DNA from: Clostridia bacterium
GTDB lineage: Bacteria > Bacillota > Clostridia > Christensenellales > UBA1242
Length of the DNA stretch: 64,000 bases
Assembly: GCA_017453125.1 (NCBI GenBank)
Contig: JAFTKS010000012.1
Coordinates: 26,632-90,631, forward strand
Direction: 5' to 3'
Shown: positions 26,530 through 36,178 of the stretch, one piece after another
Layout: every line of letters begins with the position of its first letter
How positions within the stretch are numbered: the first letter of the stretch is position 1
Made by a program: the position numbers and the translations under genes
Notes under the pieces: generated by a model
Database searches by the model: none
Told to the model about the DNA's origin: nothing
What the model saw: the letters and a program-made list of their open reading frames with translations, nothing else

Positions 26530-26550
26530 CATCTTGTTATCGCAATGAAT

Positions 26551-26627
26551 CGGGGTGTAGCGCAGTTTGGTAGCGCACTTGATTTGGGATCAAGGGGCCG
26601 GGAGTTCGAGTCTCTTCACCCCGACCA
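26551..26627 (+). tRNA. tRNA-Pro (TGG)
   Basis: CGGGGTG/CACCCCG acceptor stem, anticodon loop TTTGGGA, GTTCGAG T-loop, encoded CCA. Confidence 0.97.
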
Positions 26628-26648
26628 TTATATTTGAGATAATACAAT

Positions 26649-26725
26649 GGGCCTTTAGCTCAGTTGGTTAGAGCAACCGGCTCATAACCGGTTGGTCCGG
26701 GGTTCAAGTCCCTGAAGGCCCACCA
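26649..26725 (+). tRNA. tRNA-Ile2 (CAT, lysidine type)
   Basis: GGGCCTTTAGCTCAGTTGGTTAGAGC..CTCATAA; body matches the Firmicute Ile2 type rather than Met or fMet. Confidence 0.85.
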
Positions 26726-26747
26726 ATTATTCTTTTTTTAAACATAT

Positions 26748-26824
26748 GGCCTGGTAGCTCAGTTGGTTAGAGCGCTAGCCTGTCACGCTAGAGGTCGTGG
26801 GTTCGAGCCCCATTCAGGTCGCCA
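26748..26824 (+). tRNA. tRNA-Asp (GTC)
   Basis: Anticodon loop CTGTCAC, cloverleaf, CCA. Confidence 0.97.
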
Positions 26825-26833
26825 TTTATGTTT

Positions 26834-26909
26834 GCCTCGGTAGCTCAGTCGGTAGAGCAGAAGACTGAAAATCTTCGTGTCGGTGGTTCGATTCCGCCCC
26901 AAGGCACCA
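26834..26909 (+). tRNA. tRNA-Phe (GAA)
   Basis: Anticodon loop CTGAAAA, cloverleaf, CCA; one C5-A68 acceptor mismatch. Confidence 0.95.
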
Positions 26910-26965
26910 TAATTTAATTCGAATTAATCAATGAATTTACCGACATTTATCGATTAATTCACTAT

Positions 26966-27040
26966 GCTGGTGTGGCTCAACGGTAGAGCAGCTGACTTGT
27001 AATCAGCAGGTTGTAGGTTCGATTCCTATCACCAGCTCCA
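26966..27040 (+). tRNA. tRNA-Thr (TGT)
   Basis: Anticodon loop CTTGTAA, GCTGGTG/CACCAGC acceptor stem. Confidence 0.97.
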
Positions 27041-27047
27041 TTTTTTT

Positions 27048-27132
27048 GGGAAGGTTGCAGAGCGGCCAAATGCAACGGACTGTAAATCCGTCGACTCAGT
27101 CTTCGATGGTTCGAATCCATCCCTTCCCACCA
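27048..27132 (+). tRNA. tRNA-Tyr (GTA)
   Basis: Anticodon loop CTGTAAA, long variable arm, 85 nt, CCA. Confidence 0.97.
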
Positions 27133-27160
27133 AAAAAATCCCTTTACGGGATATTTTTTT

Positions 27161-27285
27161 TGCTCGGGATTGCTTCTGTAAGTTTCACTTACTTGATTGT
27201 TTCACAATCTGAACCACCTTTGGTAGTCGGGTACCCTGCCCGACAAATATGCTTCGCACATTGACGAATCCATCCCTTCCTACCA
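27161..27285 (+). repeat. tRNA-linked multi-hairpin element ending in a 21-nt copy of the tRNA-Tyr 3' end
   Basis: 27265-27285 matches 27112-27132 (20/21); shares TGAACC, GTAGTCGGG-N7-CCCGACAA and CTTCGC with the units after tRNA-Lys. Confidence 0.8.
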
Positions 27286-27503
27286 CAAAAAATTGGCTAT
27301 ATTTAACCATTATTTGTTATATTGAGAGAGTTTAGAATTTTTCTAAAATCTCTCTTTTTTTGATTTTAAACACTTTTTGAATCAAAATCCGTTGTCAAAT
27401 TTGATGTCAAAATAAAAAATGAAGTAAACTACTACAGTTCACTTCAAAAACATCCTTTAACTATTTATTTTTAATGGCAAAAAGATATTAAAAATAATTT
27501 AAG

Positions 27504-27803
27504 TTAAATAACAAAATCTTCCTCTTGACAATCATTTTCATTATTAATAGTCCTATTAACAACGGGATGATTTTTAACAAAAGTGTTTCTTTTATTTATC
27601 TGAGCAAAAACCTCACTTGTTGTAAACCCACAATCCTCCAACACTACAAAAATCAAAATTTCATTACCATTGAAAGCATTTGTATCAAACAAGAAATCCA
27701 ACGCCTCATTTAAAGCAGACTGCCTATCTTCATACATATTTATTATTTTAAAAATTTTATTTTTTGTTATATGATAATTAATATCTCCGTATGCCATACC
27801 CAC
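27504..27803 (-). CDS. Hypothetical protein inside the tRNA-Tyr mini-island
   Basis: 99-aa ORF with AAGGGG RBS-like sequence. Confidence 0.55.
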   Translation of the reverse strand: MGMAYGDINYHITKNKIFKIINMYEDRQSALNEALDFLFDTNAFNGNEILIFVVLEDCGFTTSEVFAQINKRNTFVKNHPVVNRTINNENDCQEEDFVI

Positions 27804-27945
27804 CCCTTATTTCGTTTATTATTATTGTATATTTTAAATTAAAAAAATTACAAAGTCAATACACAATAAAAAATAAACAATATAATTTTTCATACAACAA
27901 AAACACTCAAAAACTAGACAATAATGAAAATCAAATAAGATATTG

Positions 27946-27988
27946 AAATCCGTCGACTCAGTCTTCGATGGTTCGAATCCATCCCTTC
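27946..27988 (+). repeat. att-like 43-bp duplicate of the tRNA-Tyr 3' half
   Basis: Identical to 27084-27126, beginning in the anticodon loop. Confidence 0.9.
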
Positions 27989-28039
27989 TCTCTAATAATG
28001 TAGACGCAATTCATCACAAATAAAAAAGATGTAATCAAT

Positions 28040-28675
28040 TTACATCTTTTTTGTATTTAGTGATTTTTTATATTCTTTTAAATCTACTTCTTTTAAATAT
28101 TGCATTTTTTCTGAAAGTAATTTACTAGCACTTTCCAATACTTCCTTATTGACTTTAACCCCTTTAAATTCTTCAATTTCTGAAAACTTGAAAGGTTCAC
28201 CAATTACCAACGTATTTAATCTAAGAAATTTAGGCTTTTTTCTAAAAATCATTGGAACTACGTAACTATCTGTTTTTAGAGCAAACATTACAAGACCGTT
28301 TTTCATTTCGCTCAAATCTCCAGCATTAGCCCTAGTACCTTCAGGAAAAATTGTTACAGTTTTTCCCTCTTTTAAATATGCCAAGGTCTTTTTAACAGCA
28401 GACAAATCATTACCTTCTCGATTCACTGGATATGCTCCCAAACAAGCCATCAATCGTTTAGAAAACCAATTTTTAAAAAGGCTATCTTTTGCCATCATTT
28501 TGCTTGTCGGCTTAACTTTTGCTTTAATCAAAACGGGATCATTAAGGCTTTGATGATTTGCAGATAATATAGTTGCCTTATTTTTTAATGGTTTTAGTTT
28601 CTTTTTACCAATTATCTTTGTTGGAAAGAATAGTCTCCACCAAGGAGCAATCAAAATCCATAATATCCAATACAT
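28040..28675 (-). CDS. plsC: 1-acyl-sn-glycerol-3-phosphate acyltransferase
   Basis: NHQSLND (HX4D), YPVNR, FPEGTR. Confidence 0.9.
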   Translation of the reverse strand: MYWILWILIAPWWRLFFPTKIIGKKKLKPLKNKATILSANHQSLNDPVLIKAKVKPTSKMMAKDSLFKNWFSKRLMACLGAYPVNREGNDLSAVKKTLAYLKEGKTVTIFPEGTRANAGDLSEMKNGLVMFALKTDSYVVPMIFRKKPKFLRLNTLVIGEPFKFSEIEEFKGVKVNKEVLESASKLLSEKMQYLKEVDLKEYKKSLNTKKM

Positions 28676-29340
28676 TATTTAACTTCCCCTTTAATTATGT
28701 TATACATCAATTCAACCTCTTCTTCTATAGTCATATTTGAATTATCTATATGAATAGTGCCTTCTGTAAGAATCAATGGCGACAACTCTCTTTGGGTATC
28801 ACGTCTATCTCGTTCAATCAAGTCCGCTTTTACCTCATCAAAAGTCACAACTTCACCCTTTGCAACAAACTCATCAAAACGCCTCTTTGCTCTAACATCT
28901 ATATGCGCATCTAGAAAAAATTTAAAGTCAGCATTAGGCAAAACGTGAGAGGTAATATCTCTTCCTTCCATAACCAAATCACACTTGGTTGCAATATCTC
29001 TTTGAATTTTTAAAACAAAATCTCTGCATTTTTGATAAGGGCTAGTAAGCGAACATATATCGCTCACTTCCTGTGTACGAATTTCGTCAGAAACATCTCT
29101 TCCGTTCATAAAAGTTATCTGTTTACTATTTATATGCTTTACTTCAACATTTATACTAGATAAAGCATCAGTAACAAGCATTTCGTTTCGTGGGTCAATA
29201 TTATTTTCAATTACATACAAGCCAATAACTCTATAAATAGCCCCCGTATCAAAATGAATAACACCCAATTTTTCTGCTAATCTTTTACAAACCGTACCTT
29301 TTCCAGACGAAGAGAACCCGTCAACTGCAACATTCAACAT
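28675..29340 (-). CDS. cmk: Cytidylate kinase
   Basis: VAVDGFSSSGKGT, DTGAIYR, MEGRDI, ERDRRD; ATG 29340 with GGAGG RBS. Confidence 0.95.
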   Translation of the reverse strand: MLNVAVDGFSSSGKGTVCKRLAEKLGVIHFDTGAIYRVIGLYVIENNIDPRNEMLVTDALSSINVEVKHINSKQITFMNGRDVSDEIRTQEVSDICSLTSPYQKCRDFVLKIQRDIATKCDLVMEGRDITSHVLPNADFKFFLDAHIDVRAKRRFDEFVAKGEVVTFDEVKADLIERDRRDTQRELSPLILTEGTIHIDNSNMTIEEEVELMYNIIKGEVK

Positions 29341-29341
29341 A

Positions 29342-30046
29342 TTAACCTCCAAAAATCAAATCTAATTCATATTCGTTAAGATATCTATATTTACCTTCTT
29401 CAAGGGCACCAAGCTCTAAATCGCCTATTTTTAGGCGTTTTAATCCATAAATTTTAAGATTTAGAAACTCAAACATTTTTCTAATTTCACGATTTCTGCC
29501 TTCAAAAATAGTAAGATGCGTTACAAAAAAACCATCAACTTCATCTACAACATTTGCCTTAGCAGGAAGAGTTCTTCTTCCGTCTATAATAATACCATTT
29601 CGAATCTGGTTCAGCTGTTTGTTTGTTGGAAGATATTTTGTTATAACCTCATAAGTTTTTGAAATATGCTTTGATGGATGAATAATATTATTTGCCCAAT
29701 TACCATCATTAGTCAGCAACAACAACCCCTGAGTATTATAATCTAATCTTCCTACTGGAAAAACCTTATGTTTACAATTCTTTAATAGATCCATTACTGT
29801 TTTTCTGCCTTTCTCATCACTCATAGATGTAATATAACATTTAGGCTTATTCAACATTATATATACCTTTTCAGATTTAGGAGAAACAACTTTGCCTTTA
29901 TATTTAACAACAGAAACATCAGAAACATCAAAAGACAAATCTTTAACAACCTTTCCATCAATAGACACATCACCATTAAGAACATATTCTTCTACTTTTC
30001 GTCTACTTCCTAAACCAGAATTTGCAAGATATTTATTAATTCTCAT
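29342..30046 (-). CDS. rluB: Ribosomal pseudouridine synthase (RluB/RsuA family, S4 domain)
   Basis: RINKYLA..SRRK, LNKPK, VGRLDYNTQGLLLLTNDG, EGRNREIRKM. Confidence 0.88.
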   Translation of the reverse strand: MRINKYLANSGLGSRRKVEEYVLNGDVSIDGKVVKDLSFDVSDVSVVKYKGKVVSPKSEKVYIMLNKPKCYITSMSDEKGRKTVMDLLKNCKHKVFPVGRLDYNTQGLLLLTNDGNWANNIIHPSKHISKTYEVITKYLPTNKQLNQIRNGIIIDGRRTLPAKANVVDEVDGFFVTHLTIFEGRNREIRKMFEFLNLKIYGLKRLKIGDLELGALEEGKYRYLNEYELDLIFGG

Positions 30047-30406
30047 ACTAACCTTTTAAATTTTATTTATTATTAATTTTACTTTGTTTTAAAAAAATAA
30101 GCAAATATATTGAATTGTTTTTATTATAATTCAAACCACGACAATAAAACAGACATAAAAAAGAAAGTGTTTATAAATATAATACACTTTCACTTTTTAA
30201 TATTTTTTCGATTTTCTATAACAGTTAATAAAACTCATTGAATTTAAGGTTAAAAACATTTCACTATTGAAACAACAAAACTCCTTGACAACTGCAGAAA
30301 TATTTGTATCTTTTGCTGTTAAGAAAGTGAAAAAACACCTTAACCATAATTGATTAAAGTGTTAAAAACTTCACAAGTTTCAAAAATAGTTTAACTATAA
30401 ACTTTT

Positions 30407-31537
30407 TTAAAACCATTGATCTATTATATTATCAATAAGAAATTTTAAATCATTATTATCCGCACCTTCAATAGTAATCAAGTTACTCGAATAAATTAAT
30501 TCATCTTTGTAATAAACCTCAACTACTCCAACCTCTTGATTCAATTCAACAGGAGCTACAATAGTTTCTGGTATATTATACTTAACTCGATACAAACCCT
30601 CTTCGGATTTTAAAATAGGTTTTGAAAACCCTTCTATTGTAATAACACCCACTTCTGTTTTATCACTACTTTGCAAATGAACATTACTAACAAAATTGTA
30701 TGGTAATACAAAGGTTTTCATCATATAATTATCAAGTGCCAATTGAGTCAACCTTTCACACTCTTCAAACATTGGTTGACAATTAAGAACAACAGAAATA
30801 ATCTGCATTCCATTTTCTTCGTGAGCATTGACCAAGCACCTTCCTGCGTTATCTGTAAATCCAGTTTTTACTCCAATACAGTTTTCATATTTAAACAAAA
30901 GTTTATTCTTATGTTTTAGATATCGAGCCTGATATTGTTCAGTGGGTTCAATAACCATTCTTTCTGTAGCAACAATATCTCGAAAGGTTTGATTATCAAG
31001 CGCATAAGCGGTCATTACCGCCAAATCATATGCTGAGGTATAATGAGTGTCGCTATCAAGTCCATGGGGATTATCAAAGTGAGTATTAGAACAACCCAAG
31101 CTTTGCGCTAAGTTATTCATCATATCTACAAATCCTTCTTCGCTACCAAAATATTCTGCAATTGCAACAGCACAATCATTTCCACTTGCCAAAATTAAGC
31201 CATACAACAACTCTCGCATAGACAACATCTCACCCTGTTTAAGATATATACTTGTGCCCTCAATACCGATTGATTTGTCAGAAACTACAAACTTTTTGTC
31301 TAAATCATCGCAGTTTTCGATTGCAACAATAGCCGTTACTATTTTTGTTGTACTAGCCATTGGTAAAGAATTATTTGCATTATGAGAATATAGTATCTCC
31401 CCAGAATTACCCTCTAAAACAACCATTGCTTTCGCTGGAGCCATAACTTCTATTTCTTCTGCTCTTATCATAATCTTGTCGATGCTTAAAATCATTGTCA
31501 GTAATAAAACAATTAAAACTATTACTTTATTTTTCAT
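30407..31537 (-). CDS. dacB: D-alanyl-D-alanine carboxypeptidase (sporulation DacB-like)
   Basis: SxxK (ASTTK), SGND, KTG motifs; ATG 31537 with signal peptide; dacB context beside ytfJ. Confidence 0.8.
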   Translation of the reverse strand: MKNKVIVLIVLLLTMILSIDKIMIRAEEIEVMAPAKAMVVLEGNSGEILYSHNANNSLPMASTTKIVTAIVAIENCDDLDKKFVVSDKSIGIEGTSIYLKQGEMLSMRELLYGLILASGNDCAVAIAEYFGSEEGFVDMMNNLAQSLGCSNTHFDNPHGLDSDTHYTSAYDLAVMTAYALDNQTFRDIVATERMVIEPTEQYQARYLKHKNKLLFKYENCIGVKTGFTDNAGRCLVNAHEENGMQIISVVLNCQPMFEECERLTQLALDNYMMKTFVLPYNFVSNVHLQSSDKTEVGVITIEGFSKPILKSEEGLYRVKYNIPETIVAPVELNQEVGVVEVYYKDELIYSSNLITIEGADNNDLKFLIDNIIDQWF

Positions 31538-31913
31538 TCTCTTCCTCCAATTTCTGAAATACTTTTTCAGAAAGCATAATTGCTGATTCAAATAATTTGG
31601 TTGTAATATTATTTTCTGTCGTAACACCAACAAAACTAATATCATCATTTCTAATGGTTACAAAACCCATTGGAGTTATTGTAAATCCTGACGTACTCCC
31701 AGCAGAGACTCCACCATTTTTCTTTTTCGAGTCTTCTCCTCCACCACTCACAATACCTACACTCACTTTGCTTATAGGAATTACAAAAATATTTTCGCTA
31801 AGTTTAATTGTTGTCCCTACAACTGTATTTGCATCAATAACATTTTTAATCTGTTCAAATGTGCTATTAATAATTTCATCTATTTTTGATTGATAATTTT
31901 TTTTGTTTGACAT
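31527..31913 (-). CDS. ytfJ: Sporulation protein YtfJ/GerW
   Basis: IDANTVVGT..IPISKVSVGIVSGG..GFTITPMGF. Confidence 0.9.
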   Translation of the reverse strand: MSNKKNYQSKIDEIINSTFEQIKNVIDANTVVGTTIKLSENIFVIPISKVSVGIVSGGGEDSKKKNGGVSAGSTSGFTITPMGFVTIRNDDISFVGVTTENNITTKLFESAIMLSEKVFQKLEEENEK

Positions 31914-32445
31914 ATTTTCCCCTTTTTACAAAACTGATTATTAATGCAAACACCATATCAAATATTGTAAACATTACACCAATTTTCAAATTAATAAAAT
32001 TTTCTTTTTCTAAAAAATCTGTTGTATTTATAAACTTAATTTTAATATCCTTATTTTTATAAGATAAACACTCTTTCAATGTCCAACAAATTATATTAAG
32101 CAAAATTAACAAATCTATTGAACTTTTCGAATCATTGCAAGAAATATTTGACTTGAAGTCTATACTATCATAATACAATTTATCAATAATACTCGTTTTA
32201 ATTTGCTTTATTAAATATTTTTGCTCAAAACCTATAAATATGTTTATATTTTTCTCCTTACCATTATTTATTCTGTACTTTAATAAAATCATATCTATAG
32301 AAATAGTTAGAACCATTATTTTATAAATATATATTTTAATCTTCAAATTCGCATTATTAAAATCAACTCTAATATCTAAAGAAATAGATAACATAACACT
32401 CAATATTATTATAAAAATTGATAAAAAAATAATAGTACTTAACAT
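31876..32445 (-). CDS. YtfI/DUF2953-like membrane-anchored protein
   Basis: N-terminal TM segment; positional equivalent of ytfI between scpB and ytfJ. Confidence 0.6.
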   Translation of the reverse strand: MLSTIIFLSIFIIILSVMLSISLDIRVDFNNANLKIKIYIYKIMVLTISIDMILLKYRINNGKEKNINIFIGFEQKYLIKQIKTSIIDKLYYDSIDFKSNISCNDSKSSIDLLILLNIICWTLKECLSYKNKDIKIKFINTTDFLEKENFINLKIGVMFTIFDMVFALIISFVKRGKYVKQKKLSIKNR

Positions 32446-32473
32446 ACTATTATTTTGCACATATATAATAAAT

Positions 32474-33226
32474 TTACTCACCAAAATCGAGATCAATATC
32501 AGGAATACTATGTAAATCTTCTACAAATTTACCCAGAATATCGTCAAGCTTGTTTCTGTCTTCAATAATTTCTTCTCTACTTTCTTTTATACTGCGAACG
32601 ATTTCCTCTTGCTCTTCCTCTGTCATATCCTTGGCAATATCATCTTCTTCTGGAGCAATTTCCCTAAAGTCAAACAAAGAATTATCCTTCTCATCGTGAA
32701 GAACTTTGATTCTTTCTAGCAATTGATCATATTCAGGCAACTCTTGCAAACTTGAAATATTGAATTTTTTCAAGAAAGCATCTGTTGTACCAAAAAGCAA
32801 AGGCTTTCCAACGGCATCTTTTCTTCCAACAACCTCAATTAGATTATTCTCAAGAAGTGTATTAATTGCGTAATCGCTACTTGCACCACCCCTTATAAGC
32901 TCAATTTCAGTCCTTGTTATAGGCTGTTTATAGGCTATAATCCCACACACTTCTAACACTACTTTTGTAAGCATTCTTTCTCTAATAGGATTTAGAACCA
33001 CACTTATTGTTTCTGCATATTCTTTATTTGAGCACAATTGCGCTTTTTCATTGAATATCAATACCTGAACACCATCGTTATTGGTCTTCTTATATTCTTG
33101 CAATTCTTTAACCGCTGATTCGACCTCAGATTTTTCTATCTCCAACTTCTCGGCTATATCCATAAACGCAACTGGTTCGCCAGCAACAAAAAGAATACCC
33201 TCTATTATTTTAGATAAGTTCTCCAT
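32474..33226 (-). CDS. scpB: SMC-Scp complex subunit ScpB
   Basis: IEGILFVAGEP, IIAYKQPITR.EIE.IRG, GRKDAVGKPLLFGTT..FLKKF. Confidence 0.95.
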   Translation of the reverse strand: MENLSKIIEGILFVAGEPVAFMDIAEKLEIEKSEVESAVKELQEYKKTNNDGVQVLIFNEKAQLCSNKEYAETISVVLNPIRERMLTKVVLEVCGIIAYKQPITRTEIELIRGGASSDYAINTLLENNLIEVVGRKDAVGKPLLFGTTDAFLKKFNISSLQELPEYDQLLERIKVLHDEKDNSLFDFREIAPEEDDIAKDMTEEEQEEIVRSIKESREEIIEDRNKLDDILGKFVEDLHSIPDIDLDFGE

Positions 33227-33998
33227 TGAAAATTTCTCCTGTTTTTTCTATTTGTATATCTGAAAACAAGTCATCTTGACTTACTCTTATCGCTTGCATT
33301 TTGATTAATTCTAGCAAAGCCATAAATGTTGTTATTACCTCTTCTTTTGAGGCAGATTCTAGAAACAACTCGCTAAACTTTAGTCTATCCCTAGATATAA
33401 GTGTATCTTTGATAGATGCTATCTTCTGTTCAACAGTATATGTCTCCTTTACAATTTCTTTGCTTTCTTTGGACTTTTCTACTTTATTAACTTTATGCAT
33501 AATTCCAACAAAAGCATCTAACAACATATCCAATTGCATATCTTTGATAACAATTCTAAATTTATTGGCTTCTTTTTCTGGTGGCTTGTAGAATTTATCG
33601 TTACTTTCCATATCTTTTAATTTCTCATTGACTTCTTTAAACATCTGATATTCTCTGAGTCGTAATTTAATCAGATATTCTTCATCAATTTCATCTTCAA
33701 GCCCTTCATCAAGTTTAGGAAGTAACTTTTTGCTCTTGATTTCAATAAGAATTGCAGCATATTCTATAAACTCACTTGCCACTTCCATATCAACCGTAGA
33801 AATATCTTTCATAACCTCCAAATACTGCTCAGTTAGTTTTGAAAGCTCAACATCTTCTATTTCTAATTTATTTTTCTTAATAAGAGCAAGTAGCAAATCT
33901 AACGGTCCAGAAAAATTTTCCAACTGAAAAGTTAATTTTTCACTGGCAGACTCATCTTGATTATTATTTTCAATTAGTTCTTCCTTTTTTTCTTCCAT
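33210..33998 (-). CDS. scpA: Segregation/condensation protein ScpA
   Basis: FSGPLDLLLALI, EQYL, LIEIKSKKLLP, ITTFMALLELIK. Confidence 0.95.
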   Translation of the reverse strand: MEEKKEELIENNNQDESASEKLTFQLENFSGPLDLLLALIKKNKLEIEDVELSKLTEQYLEVMKDISTVDMEVASEFIEYAAILIEIKSKKLLPKLDEGLEDEIDEEYLIKLRLREYQMFKEVNEKLKDMESNDKFYKPPEKEANKFRIVIKDMQLDMLLDAFVGIMHKVNKVEKSKESKEIVKETYTVEQKIASIKDTLISRDRLKFSELFLESASKEEVITTFMALLELIKMQAIRVSQDDLFSDIQIEKTGEIFNGELI

Positions 33999-34009
33999 TG
34001 TTTTCCCTT

Positions 34010-34657
34010 TTAAAATATTAAATTCCAAAACCATATGATTGGATAAGATATTAGATTTATAAAATTATATAAAATGCCATCAAAAAACACTAATAATAGC
34101 ACCAATACTAAATTGCCATATCTATACATAAATTGTACGTATTTGTTATTATACTTGGTTGTTGCTTCCACTACTTTAAATCCATCTAACGGATATATCG
34201 GTAAAATATTAAAGACAGCTAAACTTAAGTTAATTAAAAATAAAAAGTAACAAAGTTGTTGAACAAAGATGACAAGATAACTATTTGACCGAATAAGAAG
34301 TGTAAGCAAAAACAATCCATAACCCAAAAACGCAAGTATAATATTCATCAAAACACCAGAAATACTAGTCCAAATTGTACCCTTTTTGATATTTCTAAAT
34401 TGAGTCGAATTAATTTTAACAGGATTTGCCCAACCAAACCCAAACAAAGCACAACAGATAATTCCAATTGGGTCTATATGCTTTAATGGATTTAACGTTA
34501 CTCTTCCCTCCATCTTAGGAGTAGAATCACCACATTTGTAAGCTACAAAAGCGTGTGCAAATTCGTGCATACTTAGAGAAAATACAACTACAAGGATATA
34601 CGACAAAGCAACTACAAAAAACTCCATTCCTTGATAATTCTGAATAAAAAATAACAT
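34010..34657 (-). CDS. Site-2 protease (M50) family metalloprotease
   Basis: HEFAH, GRVTLNPLKHID, FNILPIYPLDG. Confidence 0.9.
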   Translation of the reverse strand: MLFFIQNYQGMEFFVVALSYILVVVFSLSMHEFAHAFVAYKCGDSTPKMEGRVTLNPLKHIDPIGIICCALFGFGWANPVKINSTQFRNIKKGTIWTSISGVLMNIILAFLGYGLFLLTLLIRSNSYLVIFVQQLCYFLFLINLSLAVFNILPIYPLDGFKVVEATTKYNNKYVQFMYRYGNLVLVLLLVFFDGILYNFINLISYPIIWFWNLIF

Positions 34658-34827
34658 TAATAAACCCTTCTAAAACTCGTTAATTATCTAACAGAATTGC
34701 AATTACAATTCATTTATATATTTTATCAAAAATATTAATCTATGGCAAATCATTATTGATACTACACTTCTTTTTAACATAAATTCTACAAATTAACAAA
34801 AAATCCCAAACAAAGTTTGGGAAATTA

Positions 34828-35520
34828 CTATTTAATATAAATAATTCTATGGCATTGTTCGCAAACAATTGAGCCATCAGCCTTCAATTTATTAACTTTT
34901 GCTGTAGGAATTTCAACCCTACATCTAGAACAATGTCCATTATCAAAGGTTACAAATACAGGAAATATCTTGTCTCCTTTGAGAGTATTGTATTTTGCCA
35001 AAAGGTCTTGAGGAACATCTTTTTCCATAGCTTTCATTTTTTCTTCAATTGCTTTTATCTTTGGTGCAACAGCCTCAACCGCTTTCTCACATTTATCTTT
35101 GCAAGCATTATATTTTTCTTTTGCTTTTATGATATTCTTCTTTGTTGTATCAAAATCTTTTAGGCTATTTTTAATTTTGGTAATAATGATATTAATATTT
35201 CTTTCAAGCAAGAATAATTCACTACTCAAACTGTTAATTTGAGAAAGAAACGAATCAACCTTATCAAGTGTAATTGTATTTAGGTCAGTTGAAGTCAATT
35301 CTTGTACTTTTTCACAATTACTATCATATTGTTTTTTTAGTTTATTGTAGTCATTCAATAACTCCTCAGCATCTGTTTCAAGCTGAAAACCTTTATTATG
35401 AGACTCTACAATATACGCCTTTAATTTAGCCAAACTTTCCCTATCGGAAGAGTCCAAACTAGATTTCTTTAGTTTGTTTAATTCAATATCTAATTCTTGA
35501 TATTCTAGCATTTTTTTCAT
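34828..35520 (-). CDS. Coiled-coil protein with a C-terminal C4 zinc ribbon
   Basis: Long coiled coil followed by CSRC...CEQC; usual position downstream of trmK. Confidence 0.8.
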   Translation of the reverse strand: MKKMLEYQELDIELNKLKKSSLDSSDRESLAKLKAYIVESHNKGFQLETDAEELLNDYNKLKKQYDSNCEKVQELTSTDLNTITLDKVDSFLSQINSLSSELFLLERNINIIITKIKNSLKDFDTTKKNIIKAKEKYNACKDKCEKAVEAVAPKIKAIEEKMKAMEKDVPQDLLAKYNTLKGDKIFPVFVTFDNGHCSRCRVEIPTAKVNKLKADGSIVCEQCHRIIYIK

Positions 35521-35524
35521 AATA

Positions 35525-36178
35525 TTATTTCCTTTTTTTGTATTGATTTAAAATAGCAAGATAATTCAAATGTTTATTTGATTTTTCTGATTGTCTATCC
35601 AAAATATTCTGTACTTTTTTGATTTCAAAATCAACAAACTCCTCCAAATCACTTTGATTTGATTCAAAATTTGTCTTTCCAAAATATAGATCAAATTCAG
35701 AAATTTCTTCAACACATTCTTTCTTTACACACTTGAACACATTATAAAATTTCTCTTTTTCCTTGATAACAATATCAAAGATAATAGAAAAACCTTTTTC
35801 TAACATAAATTTTTTCGTTGTAATAATATCTCTCTGTGGAGACAAAATGAAAGAATCTATATTAATGGGAGACGTAGATATTATTTTAATAATTTCTTCA
35901 CCTCCCATACCCGAAATCACACATTCATCAATTTTTTTGTCTGCATATCCCTTTAGACCATCACAACAAATATACTCGCAATTATAACCTTTCGGAGAAA
36001 TTAAGTCAATAGCCTTTCGTAAACTGGGCTCGGAAATATCCGATAAAATCATTGATTCTACCTTTTTATTATCAAAAAGATATTTTGCTAATTTTCCGTG
36101 ATCACAGCCGACATCAGCAACTCTTTTTCCAGAGACTTGACCAGCAATCACAGATAATCTTTTTCCTAGTTTATTCAT
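35525..36178 (-). CDS. trmK: tRNA (adenine22-N1)-methyltransferase
   Basis: [28 protein letters not shown]; downstream of sigA. Confidence 0.9.
   Translation of the reverse strand: MNKLGKRLSVIAGQVSGKRVADVGCDHGKLAKYLFDNKKVESMILSDISEPSLRKAIDLISPKGYNCEYICCDGLKGYADKKIDECVISGMGGEEIIKIISTSPINIDSFILSPQRDIITTKKFMLEKGFSIIFDIVIKEKEKFYNVFKCVKKECVEEISEFDLYFGKTNFESNQSDLEEFVDFEIKKVQNILDRQSEKSNKHLNYLAILNQYKKRK

Noticed and set aside
26649-26725. tRNA-Met from the CAT anticodon
   Set aside because: The body sequence matches the Ile2 (lysidine) type and lacks the fMet C1-A72 mismatch and GGG/CCC anticodon stem.
34828-36178. No Nif3-like gene between trmK and the zinc-ribbon gene
   Set aside because: Simple gene loss is common in reduced gut Clostridia; there is no scar or other signal.
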